Shown here: one piece after another, positions 16,494-24,142 of the stretch | Position numbering within the stretch: position 1 is the first letter of the stretch | How the letters are laid out: each line of letters begins with the position of its first letter | Source: an uncultured Acidobacteriota bacterium | Lineage (GTDB): Bacteria > Acidobacteriota > Vicinamibacteria > Vicinamibacterales > Fen-181 | Assembly (NCBI GenBank): GCA_963717945.1 | Contig: CAVQXT010000007.1 | Coordinates: forward strand, 1,006,808 to 1,070,807 | Direction: 5' to 3' | DNA: 64,000 nucleotides | The notes under the pieces: model-generated | Told to the model about the DNA's origin: nothing | What the model saw: the letters and a program-made list of their open reading frames with translations, nothing else | Database searches by the model: none | Made by a program: the position numbers and the translations under genes

Positions 16494-18665
16494 ATGAAGA
16501 CGGTCATCGTGACGCCAGAACTGGCCGGGCTTTGCCCTCAGGGGGGCATCGGGTCATTCGCCTGGCATCTGTCCCGGCTCCTGCGGTCGGTGGGGGAGGA
16601 GGTGACGGTTCTGCTCACGGGACGAGCCCGCCCCGCCCGGATGCGCTGGGCGGGTCGGTACGAAGGGGCGGGCATCGACGTGCGCACGGTCAGCCCGAGG
16701 GCCTTCCCTCCGAACACGATCGGGGCATGGGATTTCGTCGGTCGCGGACATGCCGTCGCGGATGCGATCCCGGGCGACGCCGATGTGGTCTATTTCCAGG
16801 ATTGGCTGGCAGACGGATTCGTTCCGGTTCGCATGAGGCGATTGCAGAGGAGGCGGCACCCTGTGTTCGTGAACGTCCTGCACAGTCCGACGGCCTGGAT
16901 CCGCGAGGCCATGGCCGAGTATCCGCGCCACGTGCTCCACGACATGAGCCTGGATTTCGCCGAGCGCTACGTCGCCGAGCACGTTGACTTCATTGCCTCG
17001 CCGAGTCAGTACATGCTCAGGTTCGTATCGGACCAGGGCTGGCAGTTGCCGGATTCGGATCGTACTGCGGTGCTTGGTTACCCGATTGTGCCGGACTCGA
17101 CGCCACCTGGTGCGCCCAGCTCGTCGCGACCGGGCGAGTTTCGCCGCATCGCGTTTCTCGGGAGATTCGAAGTCAGGAAGGGCACGGGGCTTTTCGTCGA
17201 TGCCCTGCGTCAGCTTCACCGCCGGCGGCCGGAGCTCCTGGACTCGATCGAGGAGATCGCCTTCGTCGGCCGGGAGGGAAACACCGGCGATCTCTCACCG
17301 CGACGCGCGGCGAACCGGCTGTCTTCGCTGCGCGCGCGGATTCGGTTCCTGAGCCGTCTGGACACAGAGGAGGTTCAGGCCCTCCTGCGATCCTGGGCAC
17401 ACGACACGCTGGTGGTGGTTCCCAGCCTCGACGACAACTACCCTTACGTCGTGATCGAAGCGTCGCTCGTTGCCGGCTTGCATGTCATCTGCTCGAACGC
17501 GGGCGGCATGCGCGAGATTCTCCTGCCCGCGGCCGGCGACCAGTTCTTCGACCCTTCCGAGCGGTCTCTCGGCGACGCTCTCGCGCGGTACCTGGCATCC
17601 GGTCCGCGTTCTCAGGCGGGACTGCATCCATATGACTGGAATCGCCACAACCGGGAGTGGCTCGATTTTCACGACCGGGTCCGGCGCGCCAGAGAGCCGC
17701 AACCGGGCGCCCTCGCCGTCTCCAGCAGGCCGACCCGGCACGTGGACGTCTGCATTCCCTTCTTCAATCACGGGGCATACCTGCCGGCGTTGCTCGAAGC
17801 GCTGGCGAACCAGACGCTGTCGGCGGGCTCGGTCACGGTGGTCGACGACGGTTCAACCGACGGTGAGTCGCAGCGCGTTCTTGCTGAGATGGGAAGCAAG
17901 TATGCCGACCGGAACTGGCGCTTCGAGGCCTCGGCGGTCAACAGGGGCGTCAGCGCCGCCAGGAACGCCGCGGCCTCGAAGGGGCATGCCGAGTACCTGC
18001 TGTTCCTCGACGCCGACAACGTGCCCGTTCCCCACATGGTCGAGCGGTTCCTGTCGGCCATCGAGGATTCCGGCGACGACTGCCTGACCTGCTACTTCCG
18101 TGCCTTCGAGGGCAGGCACGCTCCGTTCGAACGGGCCACCGAAGAGGCGGGGAAGTGCGCCATCCGCCAGGTCGTCCCCACCAGGTACGATTTCCTGCCT
18201 CTCGGACCGTGTCTCCCGCTCGGGCTCTTCGACAATTTCTTCGGAGACGCCAATTTCATCGTTCGACGATCGGTCTTCGAAGCCCTCGGAGGGTTCTCCG
18301 AGGAGCCCGAATACCGGTACGACACCCACGAGGATTACGAGTTCCTGCTGCGGCTCATCCTCGCGGGAAAGACCCTGGATGTGGTGCCGGAGGTCCTGTT
18401 CTTCTACCGAGTCACCGGGAGCGGCCTCATGGGGACGACGAGCGAGTACCGGAATCGCCTGCGCGTGCACCGGGCTTACGCCGCGCTCCTGCAGAACGCG
18501 GGCCTGCCCGGCCTCGTGCCGTACGTCTACGGCCTGTACGAGAGGGGCAAGCCGCTGGAGTTCCTGGTGGCTGAAGCGCGACGGGCGCTCCGTCATCCGC
18601 TCGCGGCCGCCGCGACGATCGGTCGGGCGGGGCTGCGGACCCTGTGGAAGCGGTTCGACGGCTGA
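16494..18665 (+). CDS. Bifunctional glycosyltransferase (N-terminal GT4/GT-B + C-terminal GT2/GT-A)
   Basis: ORF 16494..18665. The N-terminal half is GT-B-like. The C-terminal half reads VDVCIPFFNHGAYLPALLEALANQT...VVDDGSTDGES...LFLDADN (GT2 DxD). Confidence 0.8.
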   Translation: MKTVIVTPELAGLCPQGGIGSFAWHLSRLLRSVGEEVTVLLTGRARPARMRWAGRYEGAGIDVRTVSPRAFPPNTIGAWDFVGRGHAVADAIPGDADVVYFQDWLADGFVPVRMRRLQRRRHPVFVNVLHSPTAWIREAMAEYPRHVLHDMSLDFAERYVAEHVDFIASPSQYMLRFVSDQGWQLPDSDRTAVLGYPIVPDSTPPGAPSSSRPGEFRRIAFLGRFEVRKGTGLFVDALRQLHRRRPELLDSIEEIAFVGREGNTGDLSPRRAANRLSSLRARIRFLSRLDTEEVQALLRSWAHDTLVVVPSLDDNYPYVVIEASLVAGLHVICSNAGGMREILLPAAGDQFFDPSERSLGDALARYLASGPRSQAGLHPYDWNRHNREWLDFHDRVRRAREPQPGALAVSSRPTRHVDVCIPFFNHGAYLPALLEALANQTLSAGSVTVVDDGSTDGESQRVLAEMGSKYADRNWRFEASAVNRGVSAARNAAASKGHAEYLLFLDADNVPVPHMVERFLSAIEDSGDDCLTCYFRAFEGRHAPFERATEEAGKCAIRQVVPTRYDFLPLGPCLPLGLFDNFFGDANFIVRRSVFEALGGFSEEPEYRYDTHEDYEFLLRLILAGKTLDVVPEVLFFYRVTGSGLMGTTSEYRNRLRVHRAYAALLQNAGLPGLVPYVYGLYERGKPLEFLVAEARRALRHPLAAAATIGRAGLRTLWKRFDG

Positions 18666-18762
18666 CGAGGCGGCGGCGACGCCGCGGACCACTCCGCGAC
18701 GCGCGGGTGTTCACGCGGTTCCATGGTAGGATGCCGTCTCGCAGGCCTCAGTCGAGATCACG

Positions 18763-19725
18763 GTGGTTCAGGAGTTCAAATCTCTGCCAAAGGACGGAGG
18801 GTCGAAAGCGCCGCGGTCGCCGACGGTGTCGGTCGTGATCCCGACGCTCAACGCCGAGCCCTTTCTGCGGGGCATTCTCGAGGCGGTCTTCACCCAGGAA
18901 CCGACGAGCCCGTCGGAAGTCGTCCTGGTGGACTCGATGTCCACCGACGCCACGCGGGACATCGCCGCCTCCGTGGCCCGCGTCCGGGTCGTCCCGATCT
19001 CCGACTTCTCGCACGGCCGCGCCCGGAACCTCGGCGCGCGCGCGGCGACGGGGGAGATCGTCGTCATGCTGACGCAGGACGCGATGCCGGCCGGCAGGAC
19101 GTGGCTCGCTGCGCTTCTCACCGCCTTCGCCGACCCGCAGGTCGTGGCGAGCTACTCGCGGCAGGTCCCGCGGGCCGACGCGAACCCGATGGAACGGTTC
19201 TTCCTCGAGCGGCGATTCCCGCCGCGCCCGCCGGTGCGACGAGCGCGGCGCGGCGACGGCCCGCTCACGCTGGAGGACGTGTTCTTCTCGAACGTCAGCG
19301 CCGCGATCCGCCGGGAGGCGCTGGTCTGTCATCCGTTCGACGAAGGGCTGATCATGAGCGAGGATCAGCAGTTCTCCCGGGACGTGATCGCGGCCGGGCA
19401 CGCGGTGGTCTACCAGCCGGAGTCGGTCGTGATCCACTCCCACGACTACTCGGCGGCCACGTGTTTCAGGCGCTACTTCGACAGCGCGTGCTCGCTCAAG
19501 GTGATCTTCCCGGAGCACGGGCTCGCAAGAACCGTGGCGATGGCCGCCAGCTACCTGCCCGACGAGGCCAGGTACATGGTGCGCGCGCATCCGCGGTCGC
19601 TCCCGAGGTACCTCCTCTATAATCTCGCGAAGGTCGGCGGCACCCTGGCCGGCCTCATGGGCGATCGGCTGCCGCGCCGGGCCGCCCGGGCCCTCAGCCT
19701 GCACCGGTACCACTGGGAGGAGTAG
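18763..19725 (+). CDS. GT2-family glycosyltransferase (rhamnosyltransferase-like)
   Basis: ORF 18763..19725 contains VSVVIPTLNAEPFLRGILEAV...VLVDSMSTDATRDIA...MLTQDAMP. Confidence 0.8.
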   Translation: MVQEFKSLPKDGGSKAPRSPTVSVVIPTLNAEPFLRGILEAVFTQEPTSPSEVVLVDSMSTDATRDIAASVARVRVVPISDFSHGRARNLGARAATGEIVVMLTQDAMPAGRTWLAALLTAFADPQVVASYSRQVPRADANPMERFFLERRFPPRPPVRRARRGDGPLTLEDVFFSNVSAAIRREALVCHPFDEGLIMSEDQQFSRDVIAAGHAVVYQPESVVIHSHDYSAATCFRRYFDSACSLKVIFPEHGLARTVAMAASYLPDEARYMVRAHPRSLPRYLLYNLAKVGGTLAGLMGDRLPRRAARALSLHRYHWEE

Positions 19726-19806
19726 CGTGGTGATCCCGCCGGGGGCCGCATCAGCAGGCCTGACGCCGCCCGACGGGCGAGGCGCGGGCGAACGCCCGGG
19801 CCTTCG

Positions 19807-20466
19807 TTATGCCGGCTGCCCGTCTTCGAGGGCTCCGCTCGACGGCGCGGCGTCGTCCGCCTCCCAGCGTTCGGGAGGCGCGGCGTCGTTCGCCGCCCAG
19901 CGTTCGGGAGGCACGGCGACGTTCCCGGTCGACAGGAGCCGGTCGTCGCTGATGCGCAACCGGTCGTGCTCGATCCGGTCCACGCCGAGCGCACTGATCG
20001 CCAGCTGGCCCGTGTCCAGGCGGAAGACCAGGCGCTTCTCGCGCAGGTACCACAGGTGGAACTCCACCATCTCGATCGGCATGCGGAGCAGGCGGGAGAT
20101 CTCGTACTCACCGAGGCCGGGCATCCGCATCTCGGTCCGGCGCTGCACGTAGAGCAGCGACAGGATCCGCTGCCTGGTGGCGGTGTCTTCGGCGAACGCG
20201 GTGCCGTGCGTCGCCTCCGATGCGAGCTTCCACTTGCGGTTCCAGTATTCCTGGTACTTCGCGTCGTAGCCGGCCCGCGTTTCGGGGTCGCCCAGGATCG
20301 CCCTGGCCCTGCTCAGCCGGCGGAACCTGGCTTCGTCGCTGGCTTCGCCGATGTCCGGGTGGCACTTCTTGGCCAGGTGGCGAAACACGCGGTCGATGGT
20401 GTCCTCGTCGGCGTTGGGGCTGAGCTGCAGAAGGTCGTAGTAGTCGACAAACGGTTCCTCGGTCAC
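19807..20466 (-). CDS. J-domain (DnaJ-like) protein with C-terminal winged-helix-like region
   Basis: ORF 19807..20466, GTG start. DYYDLLQLSPNADEDTIDRVFRHLAKKCHPDIG (HPD motif). A C-terminal 33-nt tandem duplication encodes PPERWAANDAA/PPERWEADDAA. Confidence 0.75.
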   Translation of the reverse strand: MTEEPFVDYYDLLQLSPNADEDTIDRVFRHLAKKCHPDIGEASDEARFRRLSRARAILGDPETRAGYDAKYQEYWNRKWKLASEATHGTAFAEDTATRQRILSLLYVQRRTEMRMPGLGEYEISRLLRMPIEMVEFHLWYLREKRLVFRLDTGQLAISALGVDRIEHDRLRISDDRLLSTGNVAVPPERWAANDAAPPERWEADDAAPSSGALEDGQPA

Positions 20467-20574
20467 ACGTCACTCCCTGGTTCGGGCGGAGCCCACTCAC
20501 CGCGCCGGCACGGTCCCACCCGTCAGAATGTATCGGCCGCTCGACACCACAGGGCCAGTCCCCCCCGATCAAGG

Positions 20575-20643
20575 CCCGTGGTATCCTCCCTTCCCGTGCG
20601 CACCGGCCGTCCGAATTCCCCCTGACGGTGGAGCGTCTTCGCC
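20575..20643 (+). pseudogene. Degenerate copy A of the yigZ promoter-proximal/5' coding segment
   Basis: Aligns with 23431-23526 and 27298-27392 (tatcctccc..cgtgcgca..tccgaattc..ctgac.gt.ga.cg) but carries indels. Confidence 0.5.
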
Positions 20644-20660
20644 ACGGGAGACCGCGCCCG

Positions 20661-21859
20661 ATGATCGACCCCGTCGAACGTGCCGCCCGCGAAATGCGCA
20701 ACCAGGCGAAAGTCGTGGCGGTGGTCATGTGGGCGGCGTTCGCGCTCAACTGGGCCGACCCCCACGCTTGTGGATCGCTATCTCGGGGGGCGTCAAAGGC
20801 GCTGACTTCGTTCAGTTCTACAGCCTGGCCACCGCGAGTCGGTTACATGACTTTGCCGCCCTCACATCGTCCCGTGAGCTGCACATCGTGCAGGCCAGGG
20901 CCGTCCCGCAGGCCGTCGGGGACAACTTCCCCGCAGTGTACCCACCGCAGGTCGGGCTTGCGCTCCAGCCGCTCGCGTTCTTCTCGTACCCGGTCGCCCT
21001 CGCACTGTGGACCCTGCTGACCTGGGCTCTTTACGGCACGGCTACCTGGCTTCTCTGGAGGTGCTGCCCGCGCCTGCGGCCGTACGGCCGGACAGTCGCG
21101 TGGGTGGCATGCGCATTCCCGGCGTTCTGGTGGCTCGTCACGACCGGCCATCTGTCTGCAGTGGCGTTGGGAGCGCTGGCGCTGGCCTGCCTTGCCCTGG
21201 ACCGGAAACGGTCCTGGCTGGCCGGGTGCGCCATCGGGTTGCTGGCATACAAATGGACGCTGCTGCTTCCGGCTGTCGCGGTTTGCCTCCTTGCCGGTGA
21301 ATTCACGATGCTGCTGGGCGCCGCGGCCGTCACCGCAGGCCAACTCGGCCTCGCGGTGCCGTTTGTCGGCCTGGACGGCGTCCGCCAGCACTTTGTCACG
21401 ATGTTCGACTTGAGTCGAACGCCGGATGTGCTGGCCGCCAAGCCATACATGATGTACTCGCTGCGTACCTTCTGGGCGACCCTCGTGCCTGACCGTCTCG
21501 CGGTCGTCCTGTATCTCGCCTCGGCGCTGTGCGTCTTGATCGTGGCCGCTCGCGCGTGGCGTCGAACTTCGTCAGCAACAGGCCGCGTCGGGCTCCTGGC
21601 CTGCGCGGTCGTGCTGGCGACGCCGCACTTGTTTGCGTACGACCTCGTGGTCCTCGTCCCGGCGATCCTGCTCGCGGCAGACACGGCCCTGGCGCTGCCA
21701 CGCGGAAGCGCCGCGAGGACGATGCTGACTCGAACGAACCATGCCGTGTTCTTCGTGATGTTGTTCAGCCTTGTGGCCGCGGTGGCGCGGATTCAACTCG
21801 CCACCCCGCTGCTATTCTTCTGGCTCGTTCTGCTCGCCCGTTCCGTCCGCCTCCGTTGA
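20661..21859 (+). CDS. DUF2029/GT87-like polyprenol-phosphate-dependent membrane glycosyltransferase; apparent -1 frame break at the C5 run 20759-20763
   Basis: ORF 20528..21859 carries the core (GADFVQFYSLA plus many TMs). The N-terminal TM segment MIDPVERAAREMRNQAKVVAVVMWAAFALNWADP lies in the frame of ORF 20628..21020. One extra C in the run would join ADP-PRLWIAISGGVKGADFVQFY. Confidence 0.65.
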
Positions 21860-23338
21860 CGCTGGGCCGACCGGCGTCGGTGCGGGCAAGGGAGGCCCGC
21901 CGGCCCCCGGCGCACGTTCCGGCTTCATGGAGAATCGGCGGATTTCAACCGGCGCGTCCTCGGCGCCGAGCCATATCCCCAGGCTTGCGCGGTCGTCGTC
22001 TTCTGCCGCGGCGAAGCTGAGGTCCATCACCGTCCACCGGTCCGTCAGCACCAGCTCCTCGCGCAATCCCAGCGAGTGCCAGGGCGCATGGTCCTGCCAC
22101 AGCCCCACCGCCACCCGGCGCAGGCGCTCCGCTCGAATCTCCAACTCCACTTGGTATCGACGGCAGGCGGAGACCGAACCACAGGGCCGCGTCAGGCGCA
22201 CGTCCCACGGCTGCCCCCCGGGCCGCGGGATCACCAAGCGGACGACGCCCGGGTTCCCCCGCTCGACACGGGCTTCGGCCCCATCGTCCAGGTGCAATTG
22301 CCCGCGGCAGATCAGCCAGATTCGAAGTTGTCCTGCAAACCGCCAGAGTTCACGCACCCGCCGCTGGTAATTGCCTTGAAAGAGCAGCACCTGAACCACC
22401 GGCAGGGGCGCGAGCGACGGAGAACGCCAGGCGCACTGCAGCGCCAGAATCAGCGGCAGGTAGCATTCGTAAAAGGGGTGGCTGAAGCGCCACCATTCGA
22501 TCGCGGCCGCCTCCCCCCGCTCGTGGACGTAGTAATTCCAATTGTGAGCGACCTTCGTCCGAACCATCGCGACGTACAGCGCGGCGCCGGCCGCCAGCAG
22601 TGGGCTCAGGCGAACCAGAGAGACCAGGAGCGCGAGGAACGCCGCCAGTTCGGCGGCGTAGACTCGATTCACCAGGATGCGGGTTCGGGACCGGCCCAGC
22701 CCGGTGGCCAGCGTCGAGACCCCCGCCTGCAAATCGCCGGCGCGGTCCTGGAATTCGTGGATGATGATTCCCTTGATGCCCAGACCGAGCGACCAGATCG
22801 CCCCGCATGCGGGAAACAGCCACCACCACGGGCCGGCGCCCGAGTGCGCCGTCCCGGCGCTGGCGAGCACCGAGATGGTGTAGAGGCAGGGCACGACGTG
22901 CGCTCCCAGGGTGTCGCACAGCACGCCGGCGACGCCGCGCTCCTTCAAGCGAAGTGGTGGAGCCGAATAAATCGTCGGCAGCAGATACTCGACGGCGAGC
23001 AAGCCGAGACTCAGCCGCGAATAGTGGAACAAGGCGGCGGGAGCGAAGCCCAGCGCCAGCGCCACCGCGCAGCCCGCGTATTTCTGCCAGGAGGGCAGCC
23101 GGCTGAGGGAGTTCTCCTTTCCCGTCCGACGGTCGGCCTCGATGTCGAACAGGTCATTGATGAGATGCCCGTAGGAACCCGCGCACAGCCCCACGAAGAG
23201 GATCAGGCCGATGCACCCCGCGGCAGCCGCCGGAGGAACATCGTACAGGAGCACCGAGGCGTAGCAGAAGGCGAGAACCGGCGGGATCTTGGAATCCCAC
23301 CAGTTGTCGGTCCGTGCTAACTCTCGCAGCGAGGGCAT
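21812..23338 (-). CDS. UbiA-family prenyltransferase fused to a C-terminal CBM-like beta domain
   Basis: ORF 21812..23458, with the likely start at ATG 23338 (MPSLRELARTDNWWDSKIPP). HLINDLFDIEADRRTGKEN (NDxxDxxxD). The C-terminal ~200 aa are soluble (GQPWDVRLTRP...YQVELEIRAE...VAVGLWQDH). It overlaps the convergent GT87 gene by 48 nt. Confidence 0.7.
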   Translation of the reverse strand: MPSLRELARTDNWWDSKIPPVLAFCYASVLLYDVPPAAAAGCIGLILFVGLCAGSYGHLINDLFDIEADRRTGKENSLSRLPSWQKYAGCAVALALGFAPAALFHYSRLSLGLLAVEYLLPTIYSAPPLRLKERGVAGVLCDTLGAHVVPCLYTISVLASAGTAHSGAGPWWWLFPACGAIWSLGLGIKGIIIHEFQDRAGDLQAGVSTLATGLGRSRTRILVNRVYAAELAAFLALLVSLVRLSPLLAAGAALYVAMVRTKVAHNWNYYVHERGEAAAIEWWRFSHPFYECYLPLILALQCAWRSPSLAPLPVVQVLLFQGNYQRRVRELWRFAGQLRIWLICRGQLHLDDGAEARVERGNPGVVRLVIPRPGGQPWDVRLTRPCGSVSACRRYQVELEIRAERLRRVAVGLWQDHAPWHSLGLREELVLTDRWTVMDLSFAAAEDDDRASLGIWLGAEDAPVEIRRFSMKPERAPGAGGPPLPAPTPVGPASTEADGTGEQNEPEE

Positions 23339-23430
23339 CGATTGATCTGGACCATCCCGCAATGGTGTTGACCGTTTCGGTCGTCTGCCAATGACGCTCG
23401 CGGACAGCATACACGCCCTGGGCCTTCGTG

Positions 23431-23526
23431 CCGTGCCATCCTCCCTTTTCGTGCGCATCGACCGACCCTCCGAATTCGCCCCGACCGTCGAACGCTCCCG
23501 CTTCTACGCGCTCCTGGCGCCGCTCC
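23431..23526 (+). pseudogene. Copy B of the yigZ promoter-proximal/5' coding segment (remnant)
   Basis: 9 mismatches in ~95 nt versus 27298-27392 (hand count). ORF 23391..23609 reads VRIDRPSEFAPTVERSRFYALLAPL and then diverges. Confidence 0.7.
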
Positions 23527-23716
23527 TCGACCGGTTGGTCCACAAGGCGTATACGATCGCCCTGAATGGCCCCTCGCGACGGAAACCGGAGGACACCAAT
23601 AAGGCCTGACACCCAGACAGACGCCCGACGTCGCTACGCTCCGATCACGATGCGTGGAATAGGTTCCGGCGCGCCGGCGGGCCCGCATGCCATTCCGTCA
23701 CCTGATATGATTCCCG

Positions 23717-24142
23717 GTGATGGACCGCGGCCGCTCCTCGGGTGCCTCCGTGCCGTCGCGACGAACCGTGATTCGCGGCGCCTTCTGGCTGCTGGCCGCC
23801 GCGGCCGTGGGCGTCTTCGTCTCGATGACCACCCGCATCGAGAAGGCCGTCAAGCGGCCGCGACCACTCACCATTCCGCCCGGCAGCGGCGATGCGATCA
23901 CGTTCGTGGACGACGTCATCGTCTGCCGCGGGGACCGGAAGGTCCGGGTGTTCTCCGCCCGGTGCACCCATCTCGGCTGCCGGATCTCCCAGACCGCGGG
24001 TGGGCTGATCGCCTGCCCGTGCCACGGGTCGAAGTTCAGGCCCGACGGCAGCGTGGCCTCAGGCCCCGCGACGCGCCCGCTCGTGGAACTTGCGCACACC
24101 ATCGACCCGCGATCGGGAGCCCTGGTCGTTCATGTCTCCTGA
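23717..24142 (+). CDS. Rieske [2Fe-2S] protein with twin-arginine signal
   Basis: ORF 23717..24142. SRRTVIRGAFWLLAAAAV (Tat-like), CTHLGC and CPCHGS. Confidence 0.85.
   Translation: MMDRGRSSGASVPSRRTVIRGAFWLLAAAAVGVFVSMTTRIEKAVKRPRPLTIPPGSGDAITFVDDVIVCRGDRKVRVFSARCTHLGCRISQTAGGLIACPCHGSKFRPDGSVASGPATRPLVELAHTIDPRSGALVVHVS

Noticed and set aside
13904-16987. 1027-aa ORF
   Set aside because: The 5' third is off-frame over the flavoenzyme gene and the 3' part (after ~16145) is R/G/P-rich and overlaps the next GT gene. Only 14726 to ~16145 in this frame is credible radical SAM sequence, and its C-terminal tail continues in the +1 frame to 16340.
18765-18800. tRNA-like T-loop (GGAGTTCAAATCTCT)
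   Set aside because: No matching acceptor, D or anticodon arms are present upstream. The sequence is the first codons of the GT2 gene (MVQEFKSLP).
20359-20375. TGGCAC motif as a sigma-54 promoter (also TGGCAT at 27040)
   Set aside because: The -12 element is GGCC instead of TTGC, and the site lies inside the J-domain coding sequence.
20528-20760. N-terminal 78 aa of ORF 20528..21859 as the true start of the GT87-like protein
   Set aside because: The sequence is P/R/G-rich, overlaps the yigZ remnant and lacks the expected first TM helix, which is found instead in the adjacent frame from ATG 20661.
23391-23609. 72-aa ORF as a genuine small protein
   Set aside because: Its central 24 codons are a copy of the yigZ N-terminus, followed by unrelated sequence and an early stop. 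It is interpreted as a duplication remnant, although it may still provide a promoter and leader.
24090-24131. Upstream extension of the cytochrome b ORF into the Rieske gene
   Set aside because: ATG 24132 (MSPEGSQ...) gives a short overlap typical of coupled genes. The extension is simply the Rieske gene read in another frame.
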